Source of the DNA: Magallana gigas
Lineage: Eukaryota
DNA: 64,000 nt
Direction of reading: 5' to 3'
Assembly: GCF_963853765.1 (NCBI RefSeq)
Contig: NC_088860.1
Span: forward strand, 41,168,001 to 41,232,000
In this document: positions 40,801 through 52,300 of the stretch, piece by piece
Numbering within the stretch: position 1 is the stretch's first letter
Layout: each line of letters begins with the position of its first letter
Program-made: the position numbers and the translations under genes
Notes under the pieces: generated by a model
Database searches by the model: none
What the model was told of the DNA's origin: nothing
The model's input: only the letters and a program-made list of their open reading frames with translations

Positions 40801-42597
40801 TTCTGACTTCATGGTTTGTAGAGATGAGTTATACATTTTCTCCCCGCCATGCATGCTTGGGCTTGATGATGGACCTTTGTTTATATGCAAAGCTGTCGTA
40901 TGATAAACACTCCCACAAGCAGTGCATTGGATTTTGACTTGGCAGTCTTTTGCTGTATGACTAGTTGAGGTGCAACATCTAGTACAAATGTTTTTACTTT
41001 GCAAAAAGTTCTTGCGTTCAAAGAACGGTTTTGCACGGAAGGCTCTACAATCATGGATGCTATGATCTGCCTTATGATATGGGCAGCGGGTGTTGTTGTT
41101 GTTGTCTGTTGACACCTCAGACTTTTTGGAGTATACCGGTCTCTTGAGAGCTGGTTGTCGGCTGTTGGTGAATACAAATGCCGGATCATTTCTGATTTCA
41201 CTCATTTCGCGTACAAATGTCACAAAATATGAAAATGGTGGGAACGGCACTTTGTTTAACTTTTTGAAATTGGAGGCTTTGGCGATCCATTTTTCCTGCA
41301 GGTGAAATGGTAATTTGTTGATGATAGGATTCACTCCAATTGACGAGTTAAAATACGATAGGCTTGTAGAAAATGTTGAATTGGCCATCAGTGATTCTAT
41401 CTTAATGAGAATGTTTAACAAGTCATACAGGCGCTTGTTTTCAGCTGATGTCACTGGTCGGAAGTTTTCTAGCTGGTGACGTATCGACGCTTCGATCATT
41501 TCTGGTCTCCCGTACATCTCATCAAGTCTTTTCCAGATTATTTGAAGTGCTTCCTTAGGTTTACCAGGATTTGCATTGCGAATTCCAATTGCTGTAAGTT
41601 TGGAATTGCCAGTGAGTCTATTTAACATTAACTCAAGTTCTTCATTACAGGAAACTTTTAGTTCACTGATAATATTGGTAAATGTTTCCTTCCAGGCATT
41701 GTACGAATCTGGCGAGTCATCAAAGTTTGAAAAACGTTCAGGAAGCATTTGCTTTTTAATCATAAGCAGGGCCATTTCAGATAGCACATGAGGCGATTCA
41801 GTTGTGGGTATCTGGACATCAACAGGATTGGAAGGGATGTTTTCCACAAACTTCTGTGTTCGTTCCCCTGAACTCTCTCTCTCAATGTCTGCAAGGTCTT
41901 GCTCCATTGAAAGTTCATCATCACTAGCACTCTGTTCTTGTTTCAGTAAATCTAAGTCAATGTCCAACTCACACTTTTTTCTGTTCATTTCAGCTATACG
42001 TATTGATTCATCTTCCTCAAGGCGAAGTTTCTGTTTTCTTAACTCTGCTTCTTTTTTCATTATTTCCAACTTCCGCTCTTTTCTTCTTTTCCTCTCAGTG
42101 CTGGTTGTTGATATTTCTGAGGCTGTTTCTAAGAGGTCTAATTTTGCAGCTTTAATGTTGTCTAAGGCCTTGTAAACCACTGACTTTCCTTTCTCGAAGT
42201 CCTCGGTACATCGTTTCATCTCGCTTTTACCTTGTTCACTTCTGGAGTGTCTTTGTAGAAAGACAAGGTACTGTTTAATACTGTTGTGAAATTCACTGAA
42301 TGTGTTCTCTATATCACTCTGTAAGATTTGATATTGTTCAATGTTTCTGTCACATTTTTGCACACGTAGAATGCATTTTTCGACTTTCCCCCATGTTTCG
42401 AATATAGGTTTTTTATATTTTGAACATTCTTCTTCAAATGCTAAGAGTCCTTTCTCACTCAAGATAACATCACGTTTATCCTTGATAGAGGTGTTGGTTT
42501 CTTCAATCTCGTTCTGGGAATCACTGTTCCGTGGTAAGGGGAGCCCTCCCGTAGCCATGTTTCCTTGGTGTGTAAATTCAATTTACTGTACTGTTTG
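37887..42597 (-). mobile_element. Inverted BEL/Pao copy (alpha): 11 nt of 5' LTR, leader, gag-PR-RT-RH, cut before integrase
   Basis: Reverse complement of 49354-54064; ORF 37840-42558 runs into host DNA after GILPS. Confidence 0.93.
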
Positions 42598-42653
42598 TTT
42601 TCAGCTGATGTCACTGGTTGGAAGTTTTCTAGCTGGTGACGTATCGACGCTTC

Positions 42654-45231
42654 GATCATATCGGTACAACTTGGCACCCCATTGCAAACCATGAGATTTT
42701 ACACAGATAGCAGAGTTGTGTTAGGCTACATTGGTAATAGGACTCGAAGATTTTACACCTATGTAAGCAACCGAGTTGATCGTATTCTACGAATATCTAA
42801 TGCCAATCAATGGAACTTCATTTCCAGTGAAAAGAATCCTGCAGATTCTTGTACAAGATGCAACACTAATGTGATCAACATTATGCGGTTACCATGGATT
42901 ACTGGTCCACAATGGTTGTGTGATGTGACGGAAATGAAACCTACACAGTTTCCACTTGTTGAACCTGATAGTGACAGAGAAGTCCGTCCAATCGATAGAC
43001 CTGTAATATGTTCACAAACTGATGTTACCATTACAACAACAGGATCTGATCTCATTACCAAGAAATTTGATCGATTTGATCGTTGGAGTTGTCTCATTAC
43101 GGGCATTGCTTGTCTCAAGCGAGTTTGCCGCAGGTTTAGAGCTTGTCGTGACCAGAAACCTAAGCAACTTACCCGTTATGATGAAATTCGTGAAGCAGAG
43201 ACCTTTGTCCTAAAACAGATTCAAAAAGAATTCTTCTCTAAAGAGATAAACAGTTTAAAGTCTGGAAAACCTTTGAACAAAGACACAAGTATATCCACAC
43301 TTGCACCATTCTTAGATGAAAATGGACTAATGTGTGTTGGTGGAAGATTGAACAAAGCTGCTGGAATTTTACCATCAAAGGAAATCAATCCAATTCTTCT
43401 TCCCAAGAACAGTCATATCTCTGTTCTTTTGATTCGTCATTTTCACGAGCAAGTCAAACATCAGGGGAGATTATTCACTGAAGGTGCACTTCGTACGGCA
43501 GGTTATTGGATCCTGGGAGGCAAGCGCATGATTTCATCTTTCATTCACACTTGCGTGACTTGTCGAAAACTTCGCCGTGGCCTTGAAACACAGATGATGG
43601 CAGACTTACCAGAGGACAGGATCACACCAGGCCCAGCTTTCACATCTGTTGGAATTGATGTCTTCGGACCATGGGAAGTCTGTACCCGCAGAACTAGAGG
43701 AGGAGCTGCAAACAGCAAGAGATGGGGACTGATGTTTACCTGTTTAACATCAAGAGCAGCTCACATAGAGGTTATTGAAGAGATGTCGAGTTCATGTTTT
43801 ATAAATGCACTGCGTAGATTTCTATCACTCCGTGGCCCAGTGAAGATAATAAGATCTGACCGAGGCACCAATTTCATTGGAGCTGCTGAGGAAATGAGAG
43901 TGAACACGATAAAAGTAGAAGAGGGACCAGTTCAACAGTTCCTGGACAAATCCTACATCACCTGGATTTTCAATGTCCCACATTCCTCCCATATGGGTGG
44001 TGTCTGGGAGCGAGTCATAGGAATGACAAGGAAAATCCTCGATTCAATGCTTTTGGAATCTAGTGGTAAACCTCTAACACATGAGACATTAGCAACATTT
44101 TTATGTGAAGTTTGTGCCATCATAAACTCTAGACCTATAGCACCGATACCTTCGGATCCAAATGACCCAATGATTCTTACACCAACTATGATTCTCACCG
44201 GAAAAGTTGATTTCCTACCAGTCGTGTCTGATTCACTCAGTCTACAAGACGTTTACAGAGCGCAATGGAAACGTGTCCAAATCCTTGCAGATATTTTCTG
44301 GAATCAGTGGCGTAAGCAGTATCTATCTATCCTACAAAGTAGACGTAAGTGGAAAAGCGAAACCAGAAACGTTAAAGAAGATGATGTGGTACTGTTGAAA
44401 AATCCCGCTGAGCATCGGAACAACTGGCCAACTGGTATTATCGACCGCGTATTTCCAAGTGACGATGGAATCGTGAGAAAAGTTGTTGTGCGAACTATTC
44501 GAGCAGGAAAACCAACATTTTACATTCGACCAATTCATGATCTCGTGTTGCTAATAGAAAGTGAACAGTGACTAGATGTGAACTGTAACTTATGGACTGT
44601 GAATAATGGACTGTAACTTATGGACTGTGAATAATGGACTGTTAACAATGAATTTGTAAACATTGACTTGTATTATGATTCATGTATCAAGTGATCACGA
44701 GATGTATTATTTATCAACTAGTTTATCACAATTTTGAAATGTTTTGTGCATGCATATGAGTAGTGGCATCTCAAAGATGCCAGGCGGGGAGTGTAGTGGA
44801 ACCAAGAGTTATCTCTCTTGATCTTGTATTGTGCAGTCTGAGAGTTATTCCTCTTTATGTGGAACTCTTCTATGTTCAGTTTTTCACGCTGTGTACGTGC
44901 GGTCCCGCCGCAGTGCTACACATTTTCTTTACCAACATATTCCATGTTTCATCCTTGTCCCCTCAAATTGTAAGTATCATATGCATTTAGATATATGAAA
45001 TATTCATTTTATTTGTTTTTTTTGCCATGACATGTTTATAAAAGCAAACATAAGCACCCTCGTAATGACTGTTACTGTAGTAGGTTGTAGGCGCCATATT
45101 TTCTCGTGTTTACATTTGTTGATGTTAAACATATAGGATACCTTCATCATTTATATGATTTACTGGTCATTAATAAGTACACAGCACACCAATAAAGTGT
45201 GAATTCTATGTTTATATTTTTCAATTAAATT
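42654..45231 (+). mobile_element. BEL/Pao variant beta: 3' pol (ORF 42682-44571), 3' UTR, PPT and LTR truncated at nt 440 (44792-45231)
   Basis: 629-aa ORF with beta-specific changes (KPKQ, EIRE, SETRNVKEDD); LTR joined to the leader through TAAATT. Confidence 0.9.
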
Positions 45232-45252
45232 GAATTTACACACCAAGGAGAC

Positions 45253-45681
45253 ATGGCTACCGGAGGGCTCCCCTTACCACGGAACAGTGATTCCCAGAAC
45301 GAGATTGAAGAAACCAACACCTCTACCAAGGATAAACGTGATGTTATCTTGAGTGAAAAAGGACTCTTAGCATTTGAAGAAGAATGTTCAAAATATAAGA
45401 AACCTATATTCGAAACATGGGGGAAAGTCGAAAAATGCATTCTACGTGTGCAAAAATGTGACAGAAACATTGAACAATATCAAATCTTACAGAGTGATAT
45501 AGATGTAGTGGAACCAAGAGTTATCTCTCTTGATCTTGTATTGTGCAGTCTGAGAGTTATTCCTCTTTATGTGGAACTCTTCTATGTTCAGTTTTTCACG
45601 CTGTGTACGTGCGGTCCCGCCGCAGTGCTACACATTTTCTTTACCAACATATTCCATGTTTCATCCTTGTCCCCTCAAATT
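45253..45681 (+). mobile_element. Beta gag first 251 nt fused to the first 178 nt of an LTR
   Basis: ...GATATAGA|TGTAGTGGAACC at 45503/45504. Confidence 0.9.
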
Positions 45682-45689
45682 CAATTTAC

Positions 45690-46447
45690 TGTACTGTTTG
45701 AAAAACAGCAAGTATAACCATATTCAATAATTATTGGTAATCTTTATTGAATGTAGATCTGATGTAGATCTGAAGTGGTAAATTGCTGAAACAAATTATA
45801 AACAATTTATAAATACATGGGATAATATGCAAACTGACATTTTAACAATTCATACAATAATACATTTATATCATATATGTATATATATCATAGTTCTCAT
45901 AAGAAATAAATTGACAATTATCAAAATAGACGAATTCCAAAATGTGCACCCAGTATTGAAACAGTAGCCCGAGGGAAATTATGGAATATAGGTAAAAAAG
46001 GGAAAATAATTTAATTGAAAAATATAAACATAGAATTCACACTTTATTGGTGTGCTGTGTACTTATTAATGACCAGTAAATCATATAAATGATGAAGGTA
46101 TCCTATATGTTTAACATCAACAAATGTAAACACGAGAAAATATGGCGCCTACAACCTACTACAGTAACAGTCATTACGAGGGTGCTTATGTTTGCTTTTA
46201 TAAACATGTCATGGCAAAAAAAACAAATAAAATGAATATTTCATATATCTAAATGCATATGATACTTACAATTTGAGGGGACAAGGATGAAACATGGAAT
46301 ATGTTGGTAAAGAAAATGTGTAGCACTGCGGCGGGACCGCACGTACACAGCGTGAAAAACTGAACATAGAAGAGTTCCACATAAAGAGGAATAACTCTCA
46401 GACTGCACAATACAAGATCAAGAGAGATAACTCTTGGTTCCACTACA
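45690..46447 (-). mobile_element. Complete beta LTR (758 bp) at the palindrome centre
   Basis: Both termini present; two 1-nt deletions and over a dozen substitutions relative to alpha, counted by eye. Confidence 0.92.
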
Positions 46448-49356
46448 TCTATATCACTCTGTAAGATTTGATATTGTTCAATGTTTCTGTCACATTTTTG
46501 CACACGTAGAATGCATTTTTCGACTTTCCCCCATGTTTCGAATATAGGTTTCTTATATTTTGAACATTCTTCTTCAAATGCTAAGAGTCCTTTTTCACTC
46601 AAGATAACATCACGTTTATCCTTGGTAGAGGTGTTGGTTTCTTCAATCTCGTTCTGGGAATCACTGTTCCGTGGTAAGGGGAGCCCTCCGGTAGCCATGT
46701 CTCCTTGGTGTGTAAATTCAATTTAATTGAAAAATATAAACATAGAATTCACACTTTATTGGTGTGCTGTGTACTTATTAATGACCAGTAAATCATATAA
46801 ATGATGAAGGTATCCTATATGTTTAACATCAACAAATGTAAACACGAGAAAATATGGCGCCTACAACCTACTACAGTAACAGTCATTACGAGGGTGCTTA
46901 TGTTTGCTTTTATAAACATGTCATGGCAAAAAAAACAAATAAAATGAATATTTCATATATCTAAATGCATATGATACTTACAATTTGAGGGGACAAGGAT
47001 GAAACATGGAATATGTTGGTAAAGAAAATGTGTAGCACTGCGGCGGGACCGCACGTACACAGCGTGAAAAACTGAACATAGAAGAGTTCCACATAAAGAG
47101 GAATAACTCTCAGACTGCACAATACAAGATCAAGAGAGATAACTCTTGGTTCCACTACACTCCCCGCCTGGCATCTTTGAGATGCCACTACTCATATGCA
47201 TGCACAAAACATTTCAAAATTGTGATAAACTAGTTGATAAATAATACATCTCGTGATCACTTGATACATGAATCATAATACAAGTCAATGTTTACAAATT
47301 CATTGTTAACAGTCCATTATTCACAGTCCATAAGTTACAGTCCATTATTCACAGTCCATAAGTTACAGTTCACATCTAGTCACTGTTCACTTTCTATTAG
47401 CAACACGAGATCATGAATTGGTCGAATGTAAAATGTTGGTTTTCCTGCTCGAATAGTTCGCACAACAACTTTTCTCACGATTCCATCGTCACTTGGAAAT
47501 ACGCGGTCGATAATACCAGTTGGCCAGTTGTTCCGATGCTCAGCGGGATTTTTCAACAGTACCACATCATCTTCTTTAACGTTTCTGGTTTCGCTTTTCC
47601 ACTTACGTCTACTTTGTAGGATAGATAGATACTGCTTACGCCACTGATTCCAGAAAATATCTGCAAGGATTTGGACACGTTTCCATTGCGCTCTGTAAAC
47701 GTCTTGTAGACTGAGTGAATCAGACACGACTGGTAGGAAATCAACTTTACCGGTGAGAATCATAGTTGGTGTAAGAATCATTGGGTCATTTGGATCCGAA
47801 GGTATCGGTGCTATAGGTCTAGAGTTTATGATGGCACAAACTTCACATAAAAATGTTGCTAATGTCTCATGTGTTAGAGGTTTACCACTAGATTCCAAAA
47901 GCATTGAATCGAGGATTTTCCTTGTCATTCCTATGACTCGCTCCCAGACACCACCCATATGGGAGGAATGTGGGACATTGAAAATCCAGGTGATGTAGGA
48001 TTTGTCCAGGAACTGTTGAACTGGTCCCTCTTCTACTTTTATCGTGTTCACTCTCATTTCCTCAGCAGCTCCAATGAAATTGGTGCCTCGGTCAGATCTT
48101 ATTATCTTCACTGGGCCACGGAGTGATAGAAATCTACGCAGTGCATTTATAAAACATGAACTCGACATCTCTTCAATAACCTCTATGTGAGCTGCTCTTG
48201 ATGTTAAACAGGTAAACATCAGTCCCCATCTCTTGCTGTTTGCAGCTCCTCCTCTAGTTCTGCGGGTACAGACTTCCCATGGTCCGAAGACATCAATTCC
48301 AACAGATGTGAAAGCTGGGCCTGGTGTGATCCTGTCCTCTGGTAAGTCTGCCATCATCTGTGTTTCAAGGCCACGGCGAAGTTTTCGACAAGTCACGCAA
48401 GTGTGAATGAAAGATGAAATCATGCGCTTGCCTCCCAGGATCCAATAACCTGCCGTACGAAGTGCACCTTCAGTGAATAATCTCCCCTGATGTTTGACTT
48501 GCTCGTGAAAATGACGAATCAAAAGAACAGAGATATGACTGTTCTTGGGAAGAAGAATTGGATTGATTTCCTTTGATGGTAAAATTCCAGCAGCTTTGTT
48601 CAATCTTCCACCAACACACATTAGTCCATTTTCATCTAAGAATGGTGCAAGTGTGGATATACTTGTGTCTTTGTTCAAAGGTTTTCCAGACTTTAAACTG
48701 TTTATCTCTTTAGAGAAGAATTCTTTTTGAATCTGTTTTAGGACAAAGGTCTCTGCTTCACGAATTTCATCATAACGGGTAAGTTGCTTAGGTTTCTGGT
48801 CACGACAAGCTCTAAACCTGCGGCAAACTCGCTTGAGACAAGCAATGCCCGTAATGAGACAACTCCAACGATCAAATCGATCAAATTTCTTGGTAATGAG
48901 ATCAGATCCTGTTGTTGTAATGGTAACATCAGTTTGTGAACATATTACAGGTCTATCGATTGGACGGACTTCTCTGTCACTATCAGGTTCAACAAGTGGA
49001 AACTGTGTAGGTTTCATTTCCGTCACATCACACAACCATTGTGGACCAGTAATCCATGGTAACCGCATAATGTTGATCACATTAGTGTTGCATCTTGTAC
49101 AAGAATCTGCAGGATTCTTTTCACTGGAAATGAAGTTCCATTGATTGGCATTAGATATTCGTAGAATACGATCAACTCGGTTGCTTACATAGGTGTAAAA
49201 TCTTCGAGTCCTATTACCAATGTAGCCTAACACAACTCTGCTATCTGTGTAAAATCTCATGGTTTGCAATGGGGTGCCAAGTTGTACCGATATGATCGAA
49301 GCGTCGATACGTCACCAGCTAGAAAACTTCCAACCAGTGACATCAGCTGAAAACAA
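46448..49356 (-). mobile_element. Mirror of the beta block: gag 5' fragment, truncated LTR 46720-47159, pol ORF 47380-49269, 65-nt gag insert
   Basis: Position x pairs with 91951-x throughout. Confidence 0.92.
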
Positions 49357-49392
49357 ACAGTACAGTAAATTGAATTTACACACCAAGGAAAC

Positions 49393-52300
49393 ATGGCTAC
49401 GGGAGGGCTCCCCTTACCACGGAACAGTGATTCCCAGAACGAGATTGAAGAAACCAACACCTCTATCAAGGATAAACGTGATGTTATCTTGAGTGAGAAA
49501 GGACTCTTAGCATTTGAAGAAGAATGTTCAAAATATAAAAAACCTATATTCGAAACATGGGGGAAAGTCGAAAAATGCATTCTACGTGTGCAAAAATGTG
49601 ACAGAAACATTGAACAATATCAAATCTTACAGAGTGATATAGAGAACACATTCAGTGAATTTCACAACAGTATTAAACAGTACCTTGTCTTTCTACAAAG
49701 ACACTCCAGAAGTGAACAAGGTAAAAGCGAGATGAAACGATGTACCGAGGACTTCGAGAAAGGAAAGTCAGTGGTTTACAAGGCCTTAGACAACATTAAA
49801 GCTGCAAAATTAGACCTCTTAGAAACAGCCTCAGAAATATCAACAACCAGCACTGAGAGGAAAAGAAGAAAAGAGCGGAAGTTGGAAATAATGAAAAAAG
49901 AAGCAGAGTTAAGAAAACAGAAACTTCGCCTTGAGGAAGATGAATCAATACGTATAGCTGAAATGAACAGAAAAAAGTGTGAGTTGGACATTGACTTAGA
50001 TTTACTGAAACAAGAACAGAGTGCTAGTGATGATGAACTTTCAATGGAGCAAGACCTTGCAGACATTGAGAGAGAGAGTTCAGGGGAACGAACACAGAAG
50101 TTTGTGGAAAACATCCCTTCCAATCCTGTTGATGTCCAGATACCCACAACTGAATCGCCTCATGTGCTATCTGAAATGGCCCTGCTTATGATTAAAAAGC
50201 AAATGCTTCCTGAACGTTTTTCAAACTTTGATGACTCGCCAGATTCGTACAATGCCTGGAAGGAAACATTTACCAATATTATCAGTGAACTAAAAGTTTC
50301 CTGTAATGAAGAACTTGAGTTAATGTTAAATAGACTCACTGGCAATTCCAAACTTACAGCAATTGGAATTCGCAATGCAAATCCTGGTAAACCTAAGGAA
50401 GCACTTCAAATAATCTGGAAAAGACTTGATGAGATGTACGGGAGACCAGAAATGATCGAAGCGTCGATACGTCACCAGCTAGAAAACTTCCGACCAGTGA
50501 CATCAGCTGAAAACAAGCGCCTGTATGACTTGTTAAACATTCTCATTAAGATAGAATCACTGATGGCCAATTCAACATTTTCTACAAGCCTATCGTATTT
50601 TAACTCGTCAATTGGAGTGAATCCTATCATCAACAAATTACCATTTCACCTGCAGGAAAAATGGATCGCCAAAGCCTCCAATTTCAAAAAGTTAAACAAA
50701 GTGCCGTTCCCACCATTTTCATATTTTGTGACATTTGTACGCGAAATGAGTGAAATCAGAAATGATCCGGCATTTGTATTCACCAACAGCCGACAACCAG
50801 CTCTCAAGAGACCGGTATACTCCAAAAAGTCTGAGGTGTCAACAGACAACAACAACAACACCCGCTGCCCATATCATAAGGCAGATCATAGCATCCATGA
50901 TTGTAGAGCCTTCCGTGCAAAACCGTTCTTTGAACGCAAGAACTTTTTGCAAAGTAAAAACATTTGTACTAGATGTTGCACCTCAACTAGTCATACAGCA
51001 AAAGACTGCCAAGTCAAAATCCAATGCACTGCTTGTGGGAGTGTTTATCATACGACAGCTTTGCATATAAACAAAGGTCCATCATCAAGCCCAAGCATGC
51101 ATGGCGGGGAGAAAATGTATAACTCATCTCTACAAACCATGAAGTCAGAAACAGACAACATATCGCCTGTACCTATGAAAGCTTCAACAAACACTAGTGT
51201 CAAGTGTACTACATTCTGTGGTGACCATTATCAAGGCAGATCATGCAGCAAAATTTTCCTTGTGGATGTATTTCACACAGACTGTCCTAACAACATGTAT
51301 CGTGTTTACGCAATCGTGGATGACCAATGCAACCAGTCTCTTGCATCTCCAGAACTATTTGATGCCTTGAACATTATGTCCTCACCCATTCATTACACTT
51401 TGACAACATGTATGGGAAAGACAGCCCAAAATGGTCGGCAAGCACATAGTATGAAGTTACGATCATTGGACACAGCTGTGACAATGGACCTTCCTCTTCT
51501 GATGGAATGTGATGACATCCCTAACGAAACCTCTGAAATTCCTACACCAGAAGTTGCTAAGAGCTACCCTCACCTTCTCAGAATTGCATCTAGTATACCT
51601 GAGTTTGATGTGAATTCAAAAATACAGCTCCTTATTGGTAGAGACTTGATTGAGGCCCATCACATTGAAGAGCAGATCACTGGACCTCGAGGGGAACCAT
51701 TCGCTCAAAGACTTAGTCTTGGTTGGGCTATAATTGGTGAAGTTTGTCTCGGTAAACTTCATAGAAGAACCTCCGTGAATGTCAACAAAGTGTCTATTCT
51801 CAATGATGGTAGAGTTACATGCAGTCAACCTTGTCAGAACAACATTGACGTGAAAGAGCAAACACTTGTGTCTAACTATATAATTGGTGAGCGTGACTTT
51901 CAATTTCATGGTGAAGATGTCTTTATGAAGACCCCTGAAGATGATTGTATTGGTTTATCGGTAGAAGACAGACTATTCCTAAAGTTGATGGATAGAACAT
52001 TCACTAAAGACAAGGACGGCATGTGGACTGTACCTCTTCCTTTTCGAGAGAACCAACCTGATCTTCCTAACAACAGACCTCAGGCATTACATCGAGCTCA
52101 GATACTACACAACAGTTTACAGAAAGATACAGAAAAGAAGAGACAGTTTGTGAAATTCATGGAGAAAGTTCTAAACAGTGGAGCAGCAGAAGTTGCGCCA
52201 CCTCCAACAAGCACAGGTTGCTGGTACCTACCTTTGTTTGGCGTTCGTAACCCAAAGAAACCAGATCAAATAAGAGGCGTTTTTGATTCGTCGGCTAAGT

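Noticed and set aside
38147-44538. Many 60-120-aa antisense or off-frame ORFs overlapping gag-pol
   Set aside because: Shadow ORFs; they recur only because the element is duplicated.
49365-49392. Canonical tRNA primer-binding site
   Set aside because: No TGG near the LTR end in any copy; a formal tRNA search was not possible.
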